Notes under the pieces: generated by a model
What the model saw: only the letters and a program-made list of their open reading frames with translations
Database searches by the model: none
Told to the model about the DNA's origin: nothing
From: Planctomycetota bacterium
GTDB lineage: Bacteria > Planctomycetota > UBA1135 > UBA2386
Assembly: GCA_046290465.1 (NCBI GenBank)
Contig: JBKAGP010000001.1
Coordinates: 288,001-352,000, forward strand
DNA: 64,000 nt
Reading direction: 5' to 3'
Made by a program: the position numbers and the translations under genes
Part shown: one piece after another, positions 19,877-29,265 of the stretch
How positions within the stretch are numbered: position 1 is the first letter of the stretch
Layout: every line of letters starts with the position of its first letter

Positions 19877-19937
19877 ACCGGGCCGATGTGGCGCGTTGCA
19901 TGCGTCCGGCTGGCGCCGCAACGCGTAGGATCGGGGC

Positions 19938-22193
19938 GTGAAGCCGTGCTCGTTGGTGTTGTTCTCGCTGCTGGTCGGCGCCGTCTGCGCGCAGCAGGAT
20001 CCTGCGCGGCTCGATGCCGCGCGCATCACGTCCGGTGCCTTTCGGACCGAGCGCTTCGGGCCGGCACGGTGGCTCGACGGAGCACACTACGCGACCCTGG
20101 AGCAGAAGCAGGGAACTGGCGTGCTCGAGCTGGTCCGCTACCAGGCGGTGTCGGGCGAACGCGACGTCATCGTGTCGGCGGCGATGCTGTGGGTGCCCGG
20201 TGAGGGCCGCGCCCTGACCATCGAGGACTACACGTTCTCGCCGGACGGCAGCTGGCTGATGGTGTTCACCGACAGCGAACGCGTCTGGCGGCGCAACACG
20301 CGCGGCGAGTACTACGTGCTGCCGCTCGACGGCAGCAAGGCGCCGCGTCGGCTCGGCGGCCGGCAACCGAAGTCGTCGCTGATGTTCGCCAAGTTCTCAC
20401 CCGACGGCAGCAAGGTCGGCTACGTGTCGAAGCACGACCTGTTCGTCGAAGGGGTGGTCGAGGGCCAGCAGCGGCGGCTGACCGACAACGGCTCGAAGAC
20501 CGTCATCAACGGCACGTTCGACTGGGTCTACGAGGAGGAGTTCGACTGCCGCGACGGCTTCCGCTGGAGCCCGGACGGCCGGCACGTCGCCTACTGGCAG
20601 CTCGACTGCAGCGGCGTCGGCGAGTTCTACATGGTCGACAACCTGAGCGACCGCTACGCGCAGCTGGTGCCGGTGCAGTACCCGAAGGCCGGCACCACCA
20701 ACTCGTCGTGCCGCGTCGGCGTGATCCCGGCCAGCGGCGGCGAGACCGTCTGGATGCAGACGCCGGGGGAGCCGCGGGAGACCTACGTGCCGCGCATGCA
20801 GTGGCACCCGCTCGGCAAGGAGCTGATGGTGCAGTGGCTGCCGCGGCAGCAGAACCACCTGGTCGTCTACGGTTGCGACGTGCAGACCGGCAAGCTGCGC
20901 CTGGTGCACGAGGAGCGCGATGCGGCCTACGTCGACGTGCGCGAGGACTTCGCCTGGACCAAGGACGGGGCCGCGTTTTTCTGGACCAGCGACGTCGCGT
21001 TCCAGCAGCCGGGGCAGAAGGCGTGGCGGCAGGCGGGCACGGTCGCGTGGCAGAACAACGGCTTCGTCAAGAACCTGACCTGGACCGAGGGCTACGACGT
21101 GATGGCGGTCGAGCACGCCGATCTCGACGGCGGCCGGCTCCTGGTCAGCCACAGCGACGGCAACGCGACCGCGAAGTACCTGTTCGAGGACGGCTCCGGC
21201 CGCGCGCCGCGGCGGCTGACGCCGAAGGACCAGCCCGGCTGGCACGACTACCAGATCAGCAGCGACGGCTCGCTCGCGATCCACACGTTCTCGTCGTTCG
21301 ACCGGCCGCCGGTGATCGACCTGGTGCGGTTGCCTTCGCACGAACGCGTGCGGGTGCTGGTCGACAACCAGCGGCTCTCGGACCGCTACGCGAAGGTTCA
21401 GAAGGGCGACAACGGCTTCTTCCAGGTCACGACCGCCGACGGCCACACGCTCGACGGCTGGGTCATGTATCCGCCCGACTTCGACGCCGAGAAGAAGTGG
21501 CCGGTGCTGTTCCACGTCTACGGGGAGCCTTGGAGCCAGACCGTCAAGGACACGTGGTCGCTCGGCCACCACCTGTTCCATCGCTGGATGACGCAGCAGG
21601 GCTACGTGGTGATGTCGGTCGACGCGCGCGGCACGCCGGCGCCCAAGGGGCGCGACTGGCGCAAGGCGCTCTACCAGAACATCGGCGTCGTCAGCTCGCA
21701 CGACTGGAACCAGGCGGTCACGGCGCTGCTGGCGCGGCACGCCTGGATGGACCCCGAACGGCTGGCGATCTGGGGTTGGTCGGGCGGCGGCGCGATGACG
21801 CTCAACATGCTGTTCCGCTACCCCGACCTGTTCGCGGCCGGCATGTCGGTCGCGCCGGTGACGCACATCGGGCTCTACGACACGATCTACCAGGAGCGCT
21901 ACTGCGGCGATCCGCGGCAGGTGCCCGAGGTCTACGAACGCTGCTCGCCGATCAACTTCGCGCAGAACCTGAAGGGCCGGCTGCTGCTGGTGCACGGCAC
22001 CGGGGACGACAACGTGCACTTCCAGAACAGCGAACGGCTGTTCGACCGGCTGGTCGCGCACGGCAAGCTGTTCGAGTACCTGGCCTACCCCAACCGGTCG
22101 CACTCGATCCACGAACGTGCGGGCACGCGCGCGCACCTCTACGGCTCGCTGGCCGACTTCCTGCGTCGGCGGGTCGCGGCCGGCGGGCGCTGA
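19938..22193 (+). CDS. Dipeptidyl peptidase IV-like S9B peptidase
   Basis: Signal peptide, NGTFDWVYEEE, YPKAG, GWSGGG nucleophile elbow, HGTGDDNVH, catalytic His in RSHSI. Confidence 0.93.
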   Translation: MKPCSLVLFSLLVGAVCAQQDPARLDAARITSGAFRTERFGPARWLDGAHYATLEQKQGTGVLELVRYQAVSGERDVIVSAAMLWVPGEGRALTIEDYTFSPDGSWLMVFTDSERVWRRNTRGEYYVLPLDGSKAPRRLGGRQPKSSLMFAKFSPDGSKVGYVSKHDLFVEGVVEGQQRRLTDNGSKTVINGTFDWVYEEEFDCRDGFRWSPDGRHVAYWQLDCSGVGEFYMVDNLSDRYAQLVPVQYPKAGTTNSSCRVGVIPASGGETVWMQTPGEPRETYVPRMQWHPLGKELMVQWLPRQQNHLVVYGCDVQTGKLRLVHEERDAAYVDVREDFAWTKDGAAFFWTSDVAFQQPGQKAWRQAGTVAWQNNGFVKNLTWTEGYDVMAVEHADLDGGRLLVSHSDGNATAKYLFEDGSGRAPRRLTPKDQPGWHDYQISSDGSLAIHTFSSFDRPPVIDLVRLPSHERVRVLVDNQRLSDRYAKVQKGDNGFFQVTTADGHTLDGWVMYPPDFDAEKKWPVLFHVYGEPWSQTVKDTWSLGHHLFHRWMTQQGYVVMSVDARGTPAPKGRDWRKALYQNIGVVSSHDWNQAVTALLARHAWMDPERLAIWGWSGGGAMTLNMLFRYPDLFAAGMSVAPVTHIGLYDTIYQERYCGDPRQVPEVYERCSPINFAQNLKGRLLLVHGTGDDNVHFQNSERLFDRLVAHGKLFEYLAYPNRSHSIHERAGTRAHLYGSLADFLRRRVAAGGR

Positions 22194-22194
22194 C

Positions 22195-22869
22195 TCAGCG
22201 CGGCGCGCCGTCCTTGTGCGACGCGGCCTCGACGACGTTCGGCCCGGCGGCCGGCGTGCCTTCCGGCTGGTCGCGTGGCTCCGTCGCCTCCGGCACCTTG
22301 ACGTAGCCGAGCACGAAGCGACCCTTCGGGTGCGACTCGCGGAAGCGACGCAGGCCCGGGAACCAGCAGTTGAGGAACTTGAGGCCGTCGGGCAGCCGCG
22401 CGGTGCCGTCGAACGCGCCTTCGTTGGTCCAGCCTTCGTTCTGGATCCGGTGGATGGCGCACATCATCACCGAGCGGCCTTCGCCGTGCTGGCAGTGCAC
22501 CAGCACCGGCCGCGGCGCGCGGTCCATCGCCGCCAGGAACGCGGCGACCGATTCGCTGGTCGGGTGCGTCTCGGTCGGCAGGTGGATGTGGCACAGGCCC
22601 GCGTCGGCGACCGCTGCGGCGTTGGCGGCGACCTCGCCCGGGTGGTCGTCGCGCAGGTCGATGACCGTGCGGATGCCGTGGTCCCGGCAGACGTCGACGA
22701 GTTCGTCGGGGGCGAACGCCGCCGACTGGTAGACCGTGCCGGGGGTGATCGTCGCCAGCCGGCTGTCGCAGACGCACCACTTCACGTAGCAGGCGGCGGC
22801 GAGCAGCACCGGCGCGAGAACGGCCACCAGCGCGACCTTCAGGAGCCTACGGAGCCACGTGCGTCGCAT
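22195..22869 (-). CDS. Membrane-anchored Cys-based (PTP/DSP) phosphatase
   Basis: GIRTVIDLR, PVLVHCQHGEGRS (CX5R); N-terminal TM helix. Confidence 0.85.
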   Translation of the reverse strand: MRRTWLRRLLKVALVAVLAPVLLAAACYVKWCVCDSRLATITPGTVYQSAAFAPDELVDVCRDHGIRTVIDLRDDHPGEVAANAAAVADAGLCHIHLPTETHPTSESVAAFLAAMDRAPRPVLVHCQHGEGRSVMMCAIHRIQNEGWTNEGAFDGTARLPDGLKFLNCWFPGLRRFRESHPKGRFVLGYVKVPEATEPRDQPEGTPAAGPNVVEAASHKDGAPR

Positions 22870-22927
22870 GGCCACAGCATGCCGGCCGAGGTCCGGATGG
22901 TGGGAACCGGAAATGAAGATTGTCGCC

Positions 22928-24595
22928 TCAGCGACCGACGCGGAAGCACACGAAGCCGGGCTTCAGGCCGTCGGCGGAGCGCGCCGCGAGCGCGTCGAGC
23001 CAGTCACCGCGCTCGAGCCCCTGGCGGAAGAACTTCAGCCACGCCTTGCGCGAGTAGAACGAACGGAACCCGGTGACGCGTTCGATCGCGACGCCGTGCG
23101 CCGTCGCGGCGGCCTCGATGCGGGCCGCGTCGGCGTCGAGCGCGAACACGTAGCCGTCGAAGGCGGCCAGCCGCGGGCCGAGCCCGGCGTCGTCGCCGGC
23201 CATCTGGGGCACGCTGCGGCCGAGCCGCATCGACAGCATGCCGGGCTGCGGGCGGCCGAACGTCACGACCGCGGTCGTGTCGAGGTCGTCGGGCAGGTCG
23301 TCCGGCAGCCGGTTGATGCCGAGCGACGGGTAGACGAAGCCGAGCAGCACGCTGAGCAGGATCGCGCACATCGCCGCGGTCAGCGGCACGTCGGGCCGTT
23401 GGCGCCGGGCGACGCGCCAGGTCAGCACCAGCAGCCCGAGCGCGGCGAGCGGGAACAGGTAGGCGAGCTGGAACCACGCGGCGAACAGCGAGAACACCAG
23501 CACCGGGATCCCGACCAGGCAGGTGGCGACGGTCGTGTGCAGCCGCAGCAGCCGGTCCGAGCAGGTGCTCAGCCACAGCGCGGCGAGGATCGCCATCGGG
23601 CAGACCAGCGCCAGCATGTAGCGTTCGAACGCCTTCATGAACGCGAACGGCAGCAGGCCGATCACGATCCAGCACAGCAGCCAGCGCGCCGGCGAGCCGC
23701 GGCGCAGGCGACCGCGCAGCGTGGCCCACGCGCCGCCGACGACGGCCAGCGACCACGGCACGACCAGCCCGAGCACGGCGCCGAGCAGCGCCGGGATGCG
23801 CTTGGGCTCGGGCAGGCCGAACTCGCGGTGCTCGGCCTGCGTCTGCATCACCTGCCAGAACTCCGGGTGGGCGGCCTGCACCCACAAGGGCCACGGCAGC
23901 GCCAGCGCACCGAATGCGGCTGTGGCCACCAGCCAGTGCCACAGCGGCCCGGCCGGCCGACCGCGGCGCACGCAGGCGGCGGCCAGCAGCGCCGCGGCGA
24001 AGAACCACAGCGCGACCGGCCCCTTGGTCATCGACGCCGCGGCGAGCGCCAAGGCCGCGCCGAGCGCGTGGCGCAGGCGGCCGCTGCCGAACCAGGTGAC
24101 GCTGTAGTAGATCGCGGCGGTACACAGGCAGCCGACCGGCAGGTCGAACATGGCGCGGCGCGCGTCGATCATCACGCCGGCGGCGCCGAGCACGAACACG
24201 CCGGCCAGGTAGCCGGTGCCGGCGCCGTCACGGCGGTAGCGGCGCGCCAGCTTGGCCGTGAACAGCGCCATGCCGGCGCCGAACAGCACCGTCCAGATCC
24301 GCGCCGCGAACAGGTTGCTGCCGAACGTCAGGTACGACACCCGCATCAGCCAGTAGAGCAGCGGCGGCTTCTGCAGCCGGACCTCGCCGTTGACGTACGG
24401 GGTCAGCCACTCGCCGCGTTCCTGCATCTCGAGCACGGTGCGGAACGACAGCCAGTACTCGTCCTGGCCGGTGATGCTGCACGGCGACCAGATGCTCGGC
24501 AGCAGCAGCAGCACCGCGCCCCAGAAGAACGCGAAGTCGCGGCCGCCGTAGTCTTCGCCGTCGCTTGCAGGAGAACCGGTCACGCCGGCAGCCAA
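22928..24595 (-). CDS. ArnT/GT39-83 family polyprenyl-sugar-dependent glycosyltransferase
   Basis: DE..LEMQERGEWLTPYVNGEVRLQKPPLLYW, MTKGPVA, many TM helices. Start uncertain (TTG 24595 or GTG 24583). Confidence 0.85.
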   Translation of the reverse strand: MAAGVTGSPASDGEDYGGRDFAFFWGAVLLLLPSIWSPCSITGQDEYWLSFRTVLEMQERGEWLTPYVNGEVRLQKPPLLYWLMRVSYLTFGSNLFAARIWTVLFGAGMALFTAKLARRYRRDGAGTGYLAGVFVLGAAGVMIDARRAMFDLPVGCLCTAAIYYSVTWFGSGRLRHALGAALALAAASMTKGPVALWFFAAALLAAACVRRGRPAGPLWHWLVATAAFGALALPWPLWVQAAHPEFWQVMQTQAEHREFGLPEPKRIPALLGAVLGLVVPWSLAVVGGAWATLRGRLRRGSPARWLLCWIVIGLLPFAFMKAFERYMLALVCPMAILAALWLSTCSDRLLRLHTTVATCLVGIPVLVFSLFAAWFQLAYLFPLAALGLLVLTWRVARRQRPDVPLTAAMCAILLSVLLGFVYPSLGINRLPDDLPDDLDTTAVVTFGRPQPGMLSMRLGRSVPQMAGDDAGLGPRLAAFDGYVFALDADAARIEAAATAHGVAIERVTGFRSFYSRKAWLKFFRQGLERGDWLDALAARSADGLKPGFVCFRVGR

Positions 24596-24730
24596 GGTGC
24601 CGACTGCGGGGCCGAGCGCAATGGGCTTGTGCGAGGCTTTTTGTCGGCGAACGGCCGCTGCCGCCGGGGCTTCCGGTCGACATCGTCGCGCCAGGTTTGG
24701 TTTTCGTTCGGGTGTCGCTAGGATGCCGGC

Positions 24731-24763
24731 ATGGGTGGTTTCTGGTGCGGGGTCCCGCGGTGA
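24731..24763 (+). CDS. Putative leaderless uORF (MGGFWCGVPR)
   Basis: TAGGAT at 24719-24724, 6 nt, then ATG; its TGA overlaps the helicase GTG (GTGA). Confidence 0.4.
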   Translation: MGGFWCGVPR

Positions 24764-27078
24764 ATCTGAGCGGGCTGGTGCGTCGGCTGCGGGCCAATGC
24801 CGACGATGCTCCCGGCACGGTCGACGCGTGGCACGAGGTGCCGCCGCGGCCGGCGCGCATGGCTCCGTTGCCCGACTGGCTGCACCCGTCGCTGGTCGAC
24901 GCGATGCACGCGCGCGGCATCGTCGAGCTGTTCTCGCACCAGCGCCAGTGCGCCGACCTGCTGCACGGTGGCCGCGACGCGGTGATCGCGACCGCGACTG
25001 CGTCCGGCAAGTCGCTCGCCTACCACCTGCCGGTGCTCGACGCGCTGATCCGCGACGGCCTCGACGCGCGCGGCCTCTACCTCTACCCGACCAAGGCGCT
25101 GGCCCGCGACCAGATGGCCGACCTGGAGAAGCTGCTGGCCGCGAGCGGGCGCGAGGACCTGACGGTGGCGGTCTACGACGGCGACACGCCGCCGCCGGTG
25201 CGCCAGGCGCTGCGCGAGCACGGCACGCTGGTGCTGACCAACCCGCACATGCTCCACCAGGGCATCCTGCCGAACCACCAGAAGTGGCAGGGCCTGTTCA
25301 CCGGCCTGCGCTTCGTCGTCGTCGACGAGCTGCACACGCTGTCGGGCATCTACGGCAGCCACGTCGCCAACGTGCTGCGCCGGCTGCGGCGGATCTGCCG
25401 CCACTACGGCAGCGACCCGGTGTTCTGCGGCGCGTCGGCGACGATCAGCAACGCCGGCGAGCACGGTCGGCGGCTGTTCGAGAAGCCGGTCACCGTCGTC
25501 GACGAGGACGGCAGCCCGCGCGGCAAGAAGCACTTCCTGTTCTTGAACCCGCACGTCGTGCAGGCGACGTCGGGCATGCGCGTGCCGGCGAGCGAAGCGG
25601 CGCGGCAGCTCGGCGGCGAACTGCTCGACTCGGACCTGCAGACGATCTTCTTCGCGCGCTCGCGCAGCCAGACCGAGGTGCTGCTCAAGTACCTGCGCGA
25701 CGACGCCAGCAAGCGGCACATCGACCAGAAGCGCATCGCCGGCTACCGCGGCGGCTACCTGCCCAACCTGCGTCGCGAGATCGAGAAGGGCCTGCGCGAC
25801 GGCGTCATCCGCACGGTCGTGTCGACCAACGCGCTCGAGCTCGGCGTCGACATCGGCAGCCTCGACGTCTGCGTGCTGGTCGGCTACCCCGGCACGGTGT
25901 CGAGCACGATGCAGCGTGCCGGCCGGGTCGGCCGCCGCAGCCAGGAGAGCGCGGTGGTGGTCGTCGCCCGCAGTTCGGCGATGGACCAGTACCTGATGCA
26001 GCACCCGGGCTACCTGTTCGACGCGCCGCGCGACGCGGTGTCGATTGATCCGGACAACGCGATCATCCTGACCAACCACGTGCGCTGCGCCGCGTTCGAG
26101 CTGCCGTTCGACGAGCACGAACGGTTCGGCGAGGCCGACGAGACCCGCGACGTGCTCGAGTTCCTGACGCACGACCTGCGCGTGCTGGTGCACCAGGGCG
26201 GTCGCTACCACTACGCCGAGCGCACCTACCCCGCCGAGGGCGTTTCGCTGACGGCCGCCGACATGGACAACGTCACGATCCAGGACGTCGAGACGCGCAA
26301 GATCCTCGCCGAGATCGACCGGCCGTCGGCGATCACCGAGGTCTACGAGGGCGCCATCTACGGCCACCAGGGGGACACCTGGCTGGTCGAGCGGTTCGAC
26401 TACGACGACCGTCGCGCGTTCGTCAAGCGCGTCGACGCCGACTACTACACCGAGGCCGACGACGAGACCGAGGTCAAGGTGCTGCACGTCGACGAGCAGC
26501 AGGAGTTCGCCAACTACACCGCGCACCGCGGCGAGGTGCACGTCGCGACGCTCGCCAAGGCGTTCAAGAAGATCAAGTTCTACACCCGCGAGAACGTCGG
26601 CATCGGCGAGATCGTGCTGCCGCCCGAGGAGTTCGAGACCGAGGCGACGGCGCTGGTGCTGCGCTCCGAGCTGGTGATGAAGCTCGGCCTGCGCCGCGGC
26701 GGTGAGGCCTCGTGCCTGCAGGGCATCGGTGCGCTGCTGCAGGGGCTGGTGCCGCTGTTCGTGCGCGTCGACCCGGGCGACGTCAAGGTGCTCGCCGAGG
26801 CGCACAACCCGCACTTCGAGGCGCCGACGCTGATCCTCTACGACCGCATCCCCGACGGCGTCGGCCTCGCCGAGCGGATCTTCCGCGTGCACCGCGAGAT
26901 CCTGCAGGCGGCCACCGAACTGGTCGAGCGCTGCCGTTGCCGCAGCGGCTGCCCGTCGTGCGTCGGCCCGCAGGCGAGCCTCGGCATGCGCAGCAAGGCG
27001 GTCGCGCTGACGATCCTGCGCGGCATGCTCGACGAACGCGAACAGGTGCTGCCGCCGCACACGGAGGCCGCGTGGTAG
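24760..27078 (+). CDS. mrfA: DEAD/DEAH-box SF2 helicase with DUF1998 Cys4 domain (MrfA/YprA/SftH-like)
   Basis: LFSHQ, TATASGKS, YPTKALARDQ, DELH, SATI, TNALELGVDIG, QRAGRVGR, C-terminal CRCRSGCPSC. Confidence 0.9.
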   Translation: MNLSGLVRRLRANADDAPGTVDAWHEVPPRPARMAPLPDWLHPSLVDAMHARGIVELFSHQRQCADLLHGGRDAVIATATASGKSLAYHLPVLDALIRDGLDARGLYLYPTKALARDQMADLEKLLAASGREDLTVAVYDGDTPPPVRQALREHGTLVLTNPHMLHQGILPNHQKWQGLFTGLRFVVVDELHTLSGIYGSHVANVLRRLRRICRHYGSDPVFCGASATISNAGEHGRRLFEKPVTVVDEDGSPRGKKHFLFLNPHVVQATSGMRVPASEAARQLGGELLDSDLQTIFFARSRSQTEVLLKYLRDDASKRHIDQKRIAGYRGGYLPNLRREIEKGLRDGVIRTVVSTNALELGVDIGSLDVCVLVGYPGTVSSTMQRAGRVGRRSQESAVVVVARSSAMDQYLMQHPGYLFDAPRDAVSIDPDNAIILTNHVRCAAFELPFDEHERFGEADETRDVLEFLTHDLRVLVHQGGRYHYAERTYPAEGVSLTAADMDNVTIQDVETRKILAEIDRPSAITEVYEGAIYGHQGDTWLVERFDYDDRRAFVKRVDADYYTEADDETEVKVLHVDEQQEFANYTAHRGEVHVATLAKAFKKIKFYTRENVGIGEIVLPPEEFETEATALVLRSELVMKLGLRRGGEASCLQGIGALLQGLVPLFVRVDPGDVKVLAEAHNPHFEAPTLILYDRIPDGVGLAERIFRVHREILQAATELVERCRCRSGCPSCVGPQASLGMRSKAVALTILRGMLDEREQVLPPHTEAAW

Positions 27079-28076
27079 CGCCGTCGGGCAGCCGCGGCAC
27101 CGGCGGCGACGGCGGTGTCGGTCGCGACCGCAGCACGGGCAGCCGTTCGCGGCGCGACAAGCTGCGGCGTGCGTTCCGCGGCGAGGCCGAGCAGCGCCTG
27201 CGGGACCAGGAGCAGCGCGATCAGATCCAGCGCGACCAGGAGCAGCGCGACCAGGAGCAGCGCGACCACGAACATCGTGATCGTACCGCCGCCTCTTCGG
27301 GCATGCGGGCGTTCCTGCAGCAGCGTCGCCAGCGTCTCGCCGCCGGCCTGCCCGCGGTCGCGCCCAGGCAGCCCGTGCACCTGCCCGACGCCGAGGTCGT
27401 CGCGACCGGGCATGGCCCGCTCTGGCTGCGGCAGCTGCGCTACCCGCTCTCGCACCGGCACGGCGACATCGAACTGCTGCGCGGCACGCGCTTCGATCCG
27501 GCGCGGCTCGCCACGATGGCGAAGTCGCCGTCGTTCGCGCAGCTGCGCCCCGAGGAGTGCCTGTTCCTCGACACCGAGACCACCGGCCTCGCCGGCGGCG
27601 CCGGCACGGTCGTGTTCGCCTACGGGCTGGCCTGGTTCGAGCCCGACGCGCTGGTGTTCGAGCAGCTGTTCCTGCGCGACTTCGGCGAGGAGCCGGCGAT
27701 GCTGCACCACCTGGCGACGCGCATGGGCGAGCACCCGGTGCCGGTGACGTTCGTCGGCAAGAGCTACGACCGGCACCGCATCGCCGCGCGGCTGGCGGTG
27801 CACAAGATCACGGCGCCGGTGCTGACCGACCGCCACCTCGACCTCTACCACGTGATCCGCCGCGCGTTCGGCAAGCAGTGGCCCGACAGCCGGCTGCGCA
27901 CCGCCGAAGAACGGCTGCTGCGGCTGGTCCGCCACGACGACCTGCCGGGCAGCGAGGCGCCGGCGGCGTTCCTCGACTGGATCCGCGACGGCACCGGTCC
28001 GGTCGACCGCGTGCTCGAGCACAACCGGCTCGACGTGCTCAGCCTGGCGGCGCTACTGGGCGTCGTGACGGGATAG
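27072..28076 (+). CDS. mrfB: RNase_H_2/DnaQ-like exonuclease (MrfB/YprB-like)
   Basis: LFLDTETTGLAGGAGT, GKSYD, HLDL, RL...E..L...R.DDLPG, VLEHNRLDVLSL; GGAGG SD with GTG overlapping the helicase end. Confidence 0.85.
   Translation: MVAPSGSRGTGGDGGVGRDRSTGSRSRRDKLRRAFRGEAEQRLRDQEQRDQIQRDQEQRDQEQRDHEHRDRTAASSGMRAFLQQRRQRLAAGLPAVAPRQPVHLPDAEVVATGHGPLWLRQLRYPLSHRHGDIELLRGTRFDPARLATMAKSPSFAQLRPEECLFLDTETTGLAGGAGTVVFAYGLAWFEPDALVFEQLFLRDFGEEPAMLHHLATRMGEHPVPVTFVGKSYDRHRIAARLAVHKITAPVLTDRHLDLYHVIRRAFGKQWPDSRLRTAEERLLRLVRHDDLPGSEAPAAFLDWIRDGTGPVDRVLEHNRLDVLSLAALLGVVTG
27201..27281 (+). repeat. 15-bp coding tandem repeat (RDQEQ x5)
   Basis: CGCGACCAGGAGCAG variants in the N-terminus of mrfB. Confidence 0.8.
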
Positions 28077-28090
28077 GCGCGGTCCGTTTT

Positions 28091-28128
28091 GCCGTGGCTG
28101 GTCGCCGTGGCTGGTCGCCGTGGCTGGT
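28091..28128 (+). repeat. Intergenic 13-bp tandem repeat x3 (GCCGTGGCTGGTC)
   Basis: Units at 28091, 28104 and 28117. Confidence 0.85.
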
Positions 28129-28161
28129 GACGAATCCGCGCGGCGTCGTATCCTGACCGAC

Positions 28162-29265
28162 ATGAGCTGGATCCAAGCTGCGGCCGCCGCCGCCCTGCTG
28201 CCGCTGGTGCTGTGCGCCCAACAGACCCAGGATGGCTTCCCGTCGGCCGAGGCCGCCTACGAGCAGCTGAGCCAACGACTGCGCCAGCAGAACCGCGACT
28301 ACCTGGCCGCGCGCCGCCGCTTGGAGGCGGGCGAGGCCTACCTCGAGGCCCGGCGCACCGGCGACCGCCAGCAGCAGCTGCGCATCCTCAACTCGATCGA
28401 ACGGCCGGACCTGCTCGGCACCTGCCGCGAGGCGGTCGCTGCCGCCGACCGCTTCGGCGGCGACGGCGCCGTGCGCCTGCTCGGCTGGGCCGCGGTGCAG
28501 TGCCGGGACCAGCAGCTGACGCTGCAGATCGTCGACCGCATCGAGCAGCGGCACATGCAGAGCCCCGCGTTGACCGAACTGCTCGAACGCGCCGACGTGA
28601 TCGCCCGGCAGCTCGGCCGCGAACGCGGCCCGAAGTTCCTGGCGCGGGTCGTCGCCGAGTCGCCGCACGACCTGGTCAAGGCGTGGGCGCACTACTGGCA
28701 GTCGGTCGCGATCCGCCGCCACGACCGCGCCGCGTCCGACGCGCTGCGGCAGAAGGCCGCCGGCCTGGCCGACGGCCACTGGCTCGCCGACAAGATCCGC
28801 GCGCCCGAGTTCCGCAAGCAGCGGCTGCAGGTCGGCATGGTCGTGCCCGACATCGAAGGCGAGGACCTCGACGGCGAGGCGTTCCGGCTGCGCGACTTCC
28901 GCGGCAAGGTCGTGGTGCTCGATTTCTGGGGCTTCTGGTGCGGTTCGTGCCGCACCGCGCTGCCGCACCACCGCGAGCTGGTGGCGCGCCACCAGGACCG
29001 GCCGTTCGCGCTGGTCGGCGTCAACAGCGACGACGACCGCGACCACTACCGCGAGCAGGCCCGCAAGCACGGCGTCACGTGGCGTTCGTTCTGGAACGGT
29101 CCGCGCGGCACCAGCGGGCCGATCTCGAGCCGCTGGGGCGTGACCGGATGGCCCGAGACCTACGTGCTCGACCACAAGGGCGTGATCCGCTTCCGGGGCC
29201 GCAAGGGCGCGCGCCTCGACGCCGCGGTCGAGCAGCTGCTCGCGGAGCTGGAGGCGGGCAAGTAG
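28162..29265 (+). CDS. Exported TlpA/AhpC-TSA-type redoxin with an N-terminal helical domain
   Basis: Signal peptide; PDIEGEDLDG..L.DFRGKVVVLDFWGFWCGSC; WPETYVLDHKGVIR. Confidence 0.88.
   Translation: MSWIQAAAAAALLPLVLCAQQTQDGFPSAEAAYEQLSQRLRQQNRDYLAARRRLEAGEAYLEARRTGDRQQQLRILNSIERPDLLGTCREAVAAADRFGGDGAVRLLGWAAVQCRDQQLTLQIVDRIEQRHMQSPALTELLERADVIARQLGRERGPKFLARVVAESPHDLVKAWAHYWQSVAIRRHDRAASDALRQKAAGLADGHWLADKIRAPEFRKQRLQVGMVVPDIEGEDLDGEAFRLRDFRGKVVVLDFWGFWCGSCRTALPHHRELVARHQDRPFALVGVNSDDDRDHYREQARKHGVTWRSFWNGPRGTSGPISSRWGVTGWPETYVLDHKGVIRFRGRKGARLDAAVEQLLAELEAGK

Noticed and set aside
24760..27078. DUF1998 helicase as DISARM DrmB or Druantia component
   Set aside because: It is a full SF2 helicase followed by a YprB-like exonuclease, with no methylase, DrmA or PLD genes, which fits MrfAB.
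28936..28950. Selenocysteine in the redoxin CxxC motif
   Set aside because: Both codons are TGC; there is no in-frame TGA.
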